From Takakia lepidozioides (Eukaryota; Plantae; Bryophyta), in contig CM060731.1 in the NCBI GenBank assembly GCA_030704615.1, positions 61,256,001 to 61,320,000 of the forward strand: 64,000 bases of DNA. The letters are read 5' to 3'. Position 1 is the stretch's first letter, and each line of letters begins with the position of its first letter. Positions 24,976 through 35,413 of this stretch are shown piece after piece. The position numbers were made by a program, and so were the translations under genes. The notes below the pieces were generated by a model. The model worked only from the letters and a program-made list of their open reading frames with translations, searched no databases and was not told the origin of the DNA.

Positions 24976-25740
24976 CAACATTACGTTAACGCAAGCTTGT
25001 ATCCCGTTGTTTTGGTTTCACTTTCATGCATCTGGGGTATCCAATGATGTCGTTTTTCTGCTTGTGAAAGGGCAAAAACTGACAGGCAAATCAACCTTGC
25101 GTCAACGCAAGTTTGATGAAAGGCCAGGCTATGTAGGTTTTCATGTGTTCTTGGACTGTTTTTTTGGTGGTTTCCAGTTCCAATGCTGCCGGGATGAACT
25201 TAAAGTCTGTTTGGAGTCTGTTTGAAATGTTGTTTAGAGGTTACACTGTACCAACAAACAGCCTTGCGTTGACGCAACGTTGTTTGACGGTATGGATTGC
25301 TAAAAATGTCCCGCAGAAATACCCCGATTTCCATACAATTGTAGGAAAGTTAAGGTTATCAAATACCATGGATAGGTGTTTCAGTAGAGGAATTCAACCT
25401 TGCGTCAACGCAAGGTTGAATATCCATACCAGCAGATCTTCGGATGGTTGTTTTCAAGCACTGTTTTCCATTTCCTCTGTTAATGAAAACAACCTTGCGT
25501 TGACGCAATGTTGAATTCCGTTGTCAATCACTGTCTCTTTCAATGCTACGTTATCATAGGTGTATCTGCCAATCTTCTTTGCGTCAACGCAAGATTGATT
25601 GGGGTTCTATGTTGTGCATGAGATGTTTTAGGATAATGGGCTTTCCCTCTCGTAGGTGTTTGTTGAAAGTGCAATTCTCCAAATTTGGTGTTTTCCATTC
25701 CATTTCAGCTCGAATCAACATTGTGTCAACGCAAGGTTGA
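24976..25740. repeat. Array of 7 interspaced quasi-palindromes (core TTGCGTYRACGCAA) in an intron
   Basis: 14-bp cores at 24981, 25097, 25264, 25400, 25495, 25579 and 25721, extending to TCAACC-core-GGTTGA; spacers mostly unique; start-to-start distance 84-167 bp. Confidence 0.9.
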
Positions 25741-27109
25741 TTTGGGCTTTCAAACGTTAGTTTATCAGTGTTACTGACCTGCATGCCAATACCCTTTTCG
25801 TGATGTGTGATCTGTGTCATGATCAGATCGATTGACTGTCTGGATTTTGGGTGTGTGTGTCATTCAGGTACATGTATCATGTCCTCATACCGGGAAAGTA
25901 CCTTAGCGATGACCCAGACTTCATCTACTCATGGGCTGACCCCTCCAATGACAAGACAATGTACACGACTGGTATTGCCAGAGACTGGAGCAGGGCGCAC
26001 TTCAGAGACTGTGGGTGGTACCTCGATCTGCCAAAACAGGACACACCATTCGATGAAGTTGTTTTGAGAAACCTTAACGACAACGCCGCGGCACTTGCCC
26101 CACTGGCTGACAAAGACATTCATGACAAGATCATTGTTGCTCTGGCTGCAAAAGAGAAATCTGCTACTCCAAAACGGAAGGGGAAGATTGTCGGGGATCC
26201 GAAGAGGAAGGGGAAGAGTGCAGCTCCGCAGGAACAGGGCCCGTTAGAGGTCGCTGAAAGACAGCCTTCTCCAACTAGGAGGGATAGGAGAACAGCAAAG
26301 TCGAGGGAGCAGCCTTTCGATGCGAGAGAACATCCATCCAGGGTTTTGGGCCAGTTCCATTGTAAGGTGGTGAATGAAAGTTTTCTGGCAATGATGGAAT
26401 CCAGGAAGTCCACATTCAAAGGGGTGCCCTCGAAATCATGGGACGTGCTTATTTCGTTCCTCACTCAGGTAAGCACATATGTCTTAACTGTTGTGTAAAT
26501 AATTTTGTTTTGGCAACTTGTTCTGGCTTGTCGAGGGGATTGATTTCCTATTGGATCTGGATTGGGCTTGTGACACTGTCTCCTATTTTTGGCTGTAGGT
26601 CACAAAAAGGCCGGATTGGGTGAATAGAGTTCAGCAGGCATACGCGACTGACCTTGTGGTGCTGGACATTCCTGACGGTTTCCCTGTCCCTGATGTGTTG
26701 CCTTCCAATTCAACCCCCACTTGGAACAAATCGGATTCTCGTTATTCTCATTCAGCAACAAATTCCTTTTTGACTCGGGGGCTTTTCTTCTCATGCAGTC
26801 AAAGGACATGTCGGCACGGAGAACTCTTTTCAGCTATATGAAAGCTTCCGGGTTTCGTGTCATCAAAACTTGGACATGCATCAACACTCTGCCTATTACA
26901 AAGGGCGAGTTCCCGAGGCAGAAAGTGAGTTGGTTCCTTTGAATTAACGTTTCGTGGTTCTTCAGTAAATGTCAAAAGTAGGTTTTGTCTTTTGCCTCAT
27001 GCTCTCTTCATGATTATTGACAGACTCGGGTGTTCGAAGCTTTGTGCCTGGTGAGGGTGCGTAATGACACTCTTCGTCCTGGTATTGCTGAGTTCCAGTT
27101 GAGGGACCT

Positions 27110-27836
27110 TGTCGCGGCCCTTTACCTTGAGGGCAGGGGGTCGGGACACATGAGGGGCTGCCCCTGTGGTGGGGGCAGCGGCAGCGATAGGTATGGGGGG
27201 CTGAAGCACCCTTGAGTGCCCAAGGCACTCAGGGAAGCGGAGGCGCTCACTAGGTGGAGCCCCGCACACCGGGTTGCGGTGGGGGTGGCTCCACAAGGGT
27301 GGTGGTAGCTTAGCGGGACTTAGTGGGGGTGGCATAGGACTCACCATGGGGGCGGAGACCTCGTGGTGGGAGTCGTGGGGAGTCTTGGGACTCATCACGG
27401 TCCATAGGGGCCGTGGTGAGTGGGCCAAGACTCACCGCGACTCATCACCGGGAGTCGAGGGTTTTCGTGGTGGTTCACCATAAAATGGCATGGCTGGTTG
27501 TGGAACCCCTGCGGACAGCTACATAAGTATATATAGGGAGTAGTAACCCCGAGAACGGTGCAAGCCCGTTGGTGACCAAAAACTAGTGAGTAAGCAAGCG
27601 AGCCGGAAAGCGACCAAAGAGTGGGGAGCTGTTCCGGACTGCCATCTACCAAAGGGAATTCTCCTAGTCCCAATTAGGTGGAGGGTTTAGAGGGAAGCGA
27701 AGGGGGGGACCATTATGTCCCGGTGAGCAGCCGAAGCTCCAAGTTGGCCCGGGCGGCCAGGTTGGGAGTCAGGCGCGCGCATCAAAGCGAGTAACTATGA
27801 CTTGAAGGGGAGCTTACCGAAGTGAGGTGCGCGACA
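27110..27836. mobile_element. Solo LTR (727 bp)
   Basis: TGTCGCG...CGCGACA termini, 5-bp TSD GACCT (27105-27109, 27837-27841), internal TATA-like run near 27530. Confidence 0.9.
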
Positions 27837-28849
27837 GACCTTGCAGCTCACATTGACCCCACCTGCGAGCCTGTGGATGATGATGTAATCTTCAATTACG
27901 TGGACTCGGGTCGAACTATGAAAAGGTCGACTGGTGTCCTTTGGAGAGGTGCACGGGAGAAATCCCCAGCTTTCATGCAGACTTTGGTGGAGACATGCAC
28001 CCGTCCCGGTGGACGAGTGGTTGACTTGTCTATGGGAACAGGTGGGGCCCTGAACACTGTGTTTGAAATGTGGGCAGTGAGCTTAGGGAAGCCCTGTTTT
28101 GATTTCTCGTTCATCTTCGATTTGCAGGAGCATCTTTTCATGCGTGCAAAAGCGCCGGAAGGCACTTCTTCGGCATGGAGGCTGATACGGAGCTCTTCTC
28201 AAGTGAGCTTCATCAGCTTGAGTCGGGCACTACTTCTGCCCCATCCACGGAGGGACTTCTTGAGGAGCCCGAAGCGCCTGACGAGGATCTCGACGTGGAC
28301 TCCGATTTTGAGTGTGAGTAAGTTCGGCTCTAGTCGTGCAAAATATGTTGCATTTCCTTGTGTCATTCCCGTTCGACAGATGGTTGCTTACATTGTCTAT
28401 TTCTGGATGATAACATCTACTACCATTCCTCTTCTTGCTTTCCAGAGTTCGGCACTAGTCATCGAATACGCAGACACCTTTCGGTTTCCAAGGATACTAC
28501 ATGTCCCCGAGTCCCCCTAGAGCTTACCGCTTGCCGGTTTACGCGGAAGCTTGCGCACGGGTGTTGTCCCAACAAACAATGTATTCGCCTCTCCATGGGG
28601 GTCGCGGAAAAAAAAACTACTTTGCAAAAAAAAGGGTTTGCTGTTAATATTCAATTCTCTAGCGGGCAATCTCCTCATTCAAAAAATCATGTCCTCGATC
28701 CTAAACCATCCACAAACCTACCATTGTTCTCGGAAAGAATATTCATGTGGGGGCAATGAAGAGGGATCAAAAAATAAGGACATAGGCGACAACCGATCTG
28801 CGGTAATTAGGGGGGGGGGGGGGGGCACGGAATTAGGGCCTGCATACAT

Positions 28850-29249
28850 GGATGATTGCTGACGTGGCGTGAGCCTAGCCAGGCTCACAGGCTCAAGCGC
28901 AAGCATTCCCTGCGGGAGGGGGGGGCGAAACAGGGGAGCGCAGGCACCGGGGAGCGGAGCGCGCGGGGGGAGCCAACCAGGGGAGCAGAGACACAGGGGA
29001 GCGGAGGCAGAGGGAAGCGAGAGGGGGGGGGGGGGGGGGGGGAAACAGGGGAGCAGAAAAACAGGAGAGCGGAGAAACGGGGGAGCGGGGAGCGCAACAG
29101 GGGAGCAGAGATATAGGGGAGCGGAGAGCCCCGTGGGGGGGGGGGATTTTGACAGGCGGGCTCCGGCAGCGCACCGGAGGGCGCATGGCTCCGGCGAGGG
29201 GGCCCATGGTCTCGCACGCGCGCATTCAACTCCCATCCTATGTCTAGTG
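28850..29249. mobile_element. Putative right terminus of the MTase-carrying element (CACTA-like TAGTG end with GC-rich subterminal repeats)
   Basis: About ten GGGGAGC(G/A) units at 28930-29170, ending ...TGTCTAGTG, followed by an abrupt drop in GC; no matching left end in the window. Confidence 0.45.
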
Positions 29250-29729
29250 TAAACCCATTACATCTATTCTTCACGGCGCACGCCTCACCTTGGCACAACT
29301 CCCTTGACAAAACTCAGAACCCAAGGATCCACACCTCACAAACCGCTCTACCAACCACTCATAACCTTAGGTTACCCAATATATATAATCATTGTTCACT
29401 TAAAACAACCCAACAGGTTGTCTACATCTATTTTTGAAATCTTAGCCTCTGCCGGTTCCTAACGGGACTGGTTATTTCAATTTTTCATCTCCAGTAGTTA
29501 TATAATATATAACTGGATAGATGACCACCTGCTATTAGAGACAAGAATAAATAACCGCCCCAATACTGGATGGAGCTTTGCCTGTGGTCTTGATACCGCT
29601 GGAAAGCCCACGATGAGTAGAAGGCAATTCGATAATTTGAGGACTTGCAGTATGGGAAATATTGAATTGTGAATATTTTTGGTCATTGAAAATTCATGAA
29701 ATAGCAAATTGGGCTTTTGTGAAGAGAGC

Positions 29730-29890
29730 GAGAAGACTCCGGCCGAAGCCGGCGTAACTAAGAGCCACTTCATCTTGTGGCTACTGCCCCTTTTCAGGGG
29801 TGGGCCCTATGTGATGTCCAAGGGACACCCCAGTGACCGGCTGAGGGATGGTACCCCGGAAGCTAAGGGTACCACATGGTACCCAGCTTT
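29730..29890 (-). mobile_element. Divergent relative of the tRNA-SINE 3' end
   Basis: Minus strand GCAGTAGCCACAAGATGAAGTGGCTCTTAGTTACGCCGGCTTCGGC parallels GTAGTAGTCCTTCGGGGTGAAGTGACACCATAAGTTACGCTTGCTTCGGC at ~16054-16103. Confidence 0.5.
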
Positions 29891-32800
29891 TTTGAAATAT
29901 TAAATGACCACAATATGTACTCAATGCCATGCATGCAACACATAATATGTGTTACATCCTCTTGGAAGGTGGTTAACCATTGGGCCATTTGTTGGATGTT
30001 GGCGTCTAGATGATTATAGGGAAGCTCCAAAGAATAGCTAATCACTCAATACAACAAAGAGGGCAAATATGAATTGTGAGGTAAGTTTGAAACGCGGTAT
30101 ACATAACTATTTTCCTTTTGAAGAGTTCTCCATTTTTTTGTGCTTACAGTTTTGCAAAAGACAATGCTTTGTAACTTGAAGGAGGTAAGGTCATGCCTTT
30201 TGGTCCTAGGCTTTCACTGAGTGGTTTCTTCCAAATCGCAAGTATGTTTAAATGTCTTTTCGATGCCTTGTTCATTTTTTTTCTGTTTTTTTTTGCTTGA
30301 AGTATTCAATATTGTAACCTCCCCAACTGATGGAGATGCGTCCAAAATTAACCATACAAACATGTCATTTGGGGATGAAGTGACTCCATAAGTTACTTTT
30401 GTTTTGGTAATGATGTCTTCTTTTAACCATATACATCATCATTGCTATTTTGAGTCTTAAGGGTCTTTGCCTTTCTTTTTTTTCGAGAAAGAGAAAAGAA
30501 AAAGAAAAAAAATTCACATATGCAGAAGAATCAAACCTTTGAGGCCCAAAATGGCAAGAGAACAATATTGTAAGAACTTAATGCAAGTGTTCGATCTTAC
30601 ATGGTTTCCTACCTATCAAATTTCCACTCTGTCTCCTCCTGAGTAATAGAGGAGTACAGGGTGACATCACTAGAGTGAGACTACTAGTTGGGTTCACACC
30701 GGAGCGACATTGGACAGTTCAGTGACAGAGAAGCGAGTGTGTCGGTACAATTTGTGTAACTCCCATTTGGTATCACGAAATTTGAGTAAATATGAAATGC
30801 ACAAAGACTAAGTGACACAGAGCGGGGTGACACGGATCAGGATGACAGCAATCCAACAAGAAACCAAGCCATGTGCCTCATAGCTACCATCGCCATCGCC
30901 TTACCAACATACTACTCATCACCATACAACAACCAAGAACATTCTGATCCTGTAATAATGAGTCCAAGGGTAAGAAGGGGTGGGAAGGATTTGACACGGC
31001 TTGAAACTGGTGAAAGTAACCCTCAGAATCAAATCCCACTCAAAACGGGCAAGTAGCTGCAAAGGCCCCAAGAGGCTCTTATTTACCTCAGCATTCTATA
31101 TATATAGGGAAAATTCCAGAATTGATTGATAAAAGGGAAAAAACAAATGCATGGAGCCCTGCCTTGTTGTATGATTTCATGCATAATTGCGGCGTGAATT
31201 TAAGAATATCCGGACAAAATCCCAAATTTGGTGCATTAATCCAGGTGGCACCTATGTATAAAAAGTCTCATGCTGGATGAAACCTAAATTTGAACCGTTC
31301 CTGAACAATGTGTCTGTCTCTTTGAATAGTCTCACCTATCAAACCTGCACCATTGCAAGTAGATGGTATGAACTACATCCTGTAGACATATGATTTCATC
31401 TGTAAATTTGGATGAAATATTCCATCTAAACCTGTCTTGAACTGATTTGATTCTTAATGGAGTATGGGTGGTCAGAATCAAAACCCTTTGCGGAGTTCTG
31501 CCTTGGGAAGGCAGGGCCAGTAAAACCCCCCTTAGAATACCATCTTGTATTTGTTTTTATTTTTATTTTTTCTTTGGAAAAATTGCCATGGGACAAAAGC
31601 TTTATTTTGATCTTTCTAAAGAAATTAGTCCTAACTTTTTTCTCAAGTAGCATAAGATTAATTAGATAAACCATCCCCTTTATTTACGAAATATAGAAAA
31701 TATGAAAAATTCTAGTGAGGACTGAAGGTCGGAGACTAGTTTTAGTCTAGAGCAGGAATAAGGGTGTCCTAGTGCCACATCGTCGTCGTCAAATTTTTAT
31801 AAAAAGAAACTGAATTTTGAAGATTTTTTTGCAAATCTGTTCTAAGAGCTCTTTCTTCAGCCAGGTCATAGTGGTCATTTTTAAGCTGCCCAAACTACAA
31901 ATAAATTAAATTAAATTTAAAATTTTGTTTTGCAAAACTGCTCTAATATCATTTTGTTCCCTTTTTTTTAAATGTAAATGTCACAACACTTCTAGATATT
32001 AATTACGATAAAACCACCAAACAGAAATCAATGGTATGCCCAGTTTTACAAGGCCTATTCTCTGGTATCACAGTGAGCAAGTTTTAATTTCCTAATATAT
32101 TACGACAGTATATTTGTACATTATAAATAGGAATAATAAAAGCTAATTTACTGAGGGCTACTGCACCTCTTTACAAAACAAAAAAACAAAAAATATATAG
32201 CCGATGAAATGTCAATACTCTTAATGTTGGATTTTTGTCTCTTATCTATATTTTTGACAATTAATTTATTGTAAATACACGTCAACCAACTCTATGATAA
32301 AAATTACATGTTTGTGCGTTTGTACATCTATGTAGTCTCTCTGTTTAAATATTTTGAATCTACTTGTTACAGATTTTGATTTAAAAAGCCTTTTAATATG
32401 AGTTACACGGCCTTCCGACGGCCCCTTTGGAAGCAGTAGACGGTAACTGACCAGATGATGACACGCTGGCCGCAATAGGCCCAGCGGAACCAAATAAACT
32501 ATTAGGAGGTGTGCTCGGTATAAAAATTACCGGTATAATAAATATGCGCATAGTTGGGATACAGTCTAGGCATAGATGGCTCTTGTGTAATATTCAGATC
32601 TGGTGTAGAATCAGCCAAATCTGGGCGGATTGAAGAGATAGAAGAAGCCAAATCGATGGAAGAGAAGAGACGGCGGCACACAAACACACATACCAAATAC
32701 GAGGATTTGGTTGTAATATGGTTAATAAATTGAAAAAATACAATCAAAAAATGAGCCTCTTCCACAGGGTTGTGGCCGGGTGGCAAGATGCTCTAGCATC

Positions 32801-32954
32801 GGCCTATGGTTTGGAGTTCAAACCCCTCTCATCTGTCTCTCTGCCTTTGGGCTGGGGCTCTTCCGCTCTTCCACTGTAAAATCTCCATGGCTTAGAAAGG
32901 GGGTTTATTTGCCCCCTCAAGGCCTTTTTTTAAAGAGTAAATATATGACCAACA

Positions 32955-33155
32955 GTCAGTAGCTCAGTTGGTTAGTGCACTGAGTGCCACACCCAGATGA
33001 TTCTGGGGTCAATCCTGCCACTTGACGGGTGTGGTATACACTTCTCCCCCTTCCCTTGGGCAATGTCCCATTTCTCAGCCTCCATGGCACGGTTACTGTG
33101 AAACTATCAAGGGGCCTGATTTGTGAGCTGTCGCTCCCAGGTGTTTCCCTTTTTT
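32955..33155 (+). mobile_element. tRNA-derived SINE-like element upstream of the SDR gene
   Basis: A box TAGCTCAGTTGG, degenerate B box GGGTCAATCC, imperfect cloverleaf to ~33026, T-run near 33150. Confidence 0.45.
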
Positions 33156-33515
33156 ATTTTTATTTTAAATAAAAACAAAACAAAAGTATATGTGTTGGCA
33201 GATAGCAGAGGTAGAATGCAGTGACATCTCTCTATCTCTCTGTTTTGTGGTGTTGACAGAGAGAGAAGAGAACTCGCAGATCGAGAACTTGCAGTCTGGG
33301 ATCCACCCACCAGCGATCGCTGTCAAGCTGGCCAACATGCACACACCATGCGTGCCAGCGGCTGCGCATCAACTGGCCACAGGCACTTCCTGTTCCTCTC
33401 TCACTCTCCTATACTCACACCATAAATCTACTCGTTGCCAGTGATCTGTAGCTCGCACTCTCGCTCTGAACAGGCTCTCTTTTTCGACTGAGTTCTTTGT
33501 CTTCCTTGGTATCTC

Positions 33516-35413
33516 ATGGGCTTGTTTGAAATGGACACTGTGGTTAGCGCAATCGACAGCCACCAAGTGGCCTCCCTTCTGCTAGGAGCAGGAATTCTAG
33601 TTATATTTGCACTGAAGCTGGCAGAATGGTGGGAGTCGAGGTCAGCGGCGCTCTTCATGCGCAGTCTGGCAGGAAAGCATTTGGTGATTACAGGTGCATC
33701 TAGCGGCATCGGTTATGCCATAGCAAAGCGAGGCATTCAGGAGGGTGCCTATGTGACTTTAGTGGCTCGCAACCGTGACAACTTAAGAAAGGCAAGGGAC
33801 TCTCTAGTCCAGCTGACCAAATGCAGCCCCGATTCCATACTTCTGAAGGTTTCGCACAATCCTATGGCTTTCATATAGAAATTCAAAGTGATCAATTGGT
33901 TGTAGATCGAAATTACAACGTCTGGTATATAAATTACGTACGTAATTTATTTCTCACAGAATATGTTCTGCTTATGTTCTGCTTTCCTGTGAGTACAACC
34001 CGCTTACAAGATCAACCAGTTGCAGAATCTGCTGTCTACATGATCTACAAGGTACTGATCAGCTCCTTAATTACACTTGCATACAGCCAGCTGATGCGGG
34101 CGATGCAGTGGCCATCTCAGCGGCAATCGGGGAGGCGCATCAGTGGAGACCCATAGATGTGCTAGTGTGCAATGCTGGCGTAGCCGTATCTGGCCATTTT
34201 GATGAAATCGCTATTAAGGATCTGGATGAAACAGTCAGAATCAATATCATGGGGTCGGTGTATCCTGTGCACGCAGCACTTCCCCTCATGAAACAACGCG
34301 GGCTCTCCAATCCAAGTTCCATCGTTTTCATTAGCTCCATTGCAGGCCTGGTACGTCGTAATCTAATTCGATCGCTCAACTTTTTCATTTGTGCAAATTT
34401 ATTTCTTGCGGCTACAAATGTCCCGGGGGAGAGCTGACTGGTTCTAACTTGATGTCGTAGCCTTGATCAATGGAGTCTTGATTGGGCTTGAGTGCTTGAT
34501 GTCGGTCAGTATCGAACCTGCAGTTCAAGTTCGAAGTAAATTTTACACAGTTCAATGTTCGGAGTGTGTGGATTATGCCTGCAGTTCAGCTGCTATGGGG
34601 GCAACGTGTATGCAGCAACAAAATACGCGCAGCGAGGCATTGCAGAGGTCCTGCGTTGGGAGCTAATGCCATATAACATTCGTGTGAATGTTGTATGCCC
34701 AGGCTTTGTCGACACCCCCATGCTGACCACTTCGGGTACATTCGTGCTTGAATCAGAGTTTTGCTTAATGTTTCCAAATGGTAGCTAGTGCATTCACGTG
34801 TTCTCTTCACATTTTCGAGCACATTTTCTTCCCGTGACATGTTGCAAGATGCAAGTTGGTCATTAAACTATCGGTGAGCATTAGAGGCACATACTCATGC
34901 AGCCCTCAAGAATGATTAGATCGACTTTGAACCCTTTCACAATGTAATCGTAGCAACTCAATTGATTGGTAAATTGTACGTACGTCGTAATCCTTCCTCA
35001 CCTCCTCATTCTGGGTTAAATAAAACATCTAGCTAGCTAGAGCTCTAACTAATTAGTCTTTTCTGCATGCATGCTAAGTGGGTTCCGTTGCAGTTGAACT
35101 TCCCACCAAGACAGCTGCAATAGGTCGCGACATCAACAATTTCGACCGTTCCAAATTGGATCAGCCAGATGACGTTGCTGCTTGCACTCTAGAGGGCGTT
35201 AAGAAAGGCACCTACTTGATCACTACAAATCCATTGGGGGCTCTCGCGGCCGTTCTTTCCAGGGGGCCGATCCCTGAGGATTCAATCATCAGCAACCTGA
35301 AGGAGCTTGCCTTGGCCATTCCTGCACGCTTGCTGGGCCACAGAATGAAAACGGACATGACAGAAAAAATATTCAGACACGTAAACCCAGCTGGAACAAA
35401 GAAAACCATGTAA
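33516..35413 (+). CDS. TSC10: 3-ketodihydrosphingosine reductase-like short-chain dehydrogenase (TSC10/KDSR family), 4 exons
   Basis: Exons 33516-33848, 34087-34350, 34585-34735 and 35094-35413 in consistent phase; N-terminal TM segment, HLVITGASSGIG, DVLVCNAG, catalytic S and YAATK, PGFVDTP. Confidence 0.8.

Larger units (their letters stand above)
24150..28460 (+). pseudogene. Spliced, 5'-truncated gene for a beta-class DNA amino-methyltransferase-like protein (N6_N4_Mtase family)
   Basis: Exons ...-24561, 24643-~24846, 25868-26468, 26599-26924, 27024-27109 plus 27842-28041, 28128-~28312. Motif IV-like DLVVLDIPDG lies upstream of EKSPAFMQTLVETCTRPGGRVVDLSMGTG|ASFHACKSAGRHFFGMEAD, which parallels QKPxxLxxxLIxxxTxPGDxVLDPFxGSGTTxxAAxxLGRxFIGxE. 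Frameshift near 26738, upstream stops, solo LTR insertion. Confidence 0.75.

Noticed and set aside
24976-25740. Palindrome array as a CRISPR array
   Set aside because: Spacing is irregular and too long (84-167 bp period), repeats are degenerate, there are no cas genes and the context is a eukaryotic intron.
26962-27673. ORFs inside the solo LTR
   Set aside because: GC-rich LTR sequence bounded by TG...CA and a TSD; no protein motifs.
28718-29310. Several overlapping Pro/Gly-rich ORFs
   Set aside because: Artefacts of GC-rich low-complexity repeats that lack stop codons.
31100-32100. Possible Mutator-like element
   Set aside because: The ends do not form convincing TIRs and there is no clear 9-bp TSD.
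32955-33026. Functional tRNA gene
   Set aside because: Degenerate B box and unpaired stems; treated as a SINE head.
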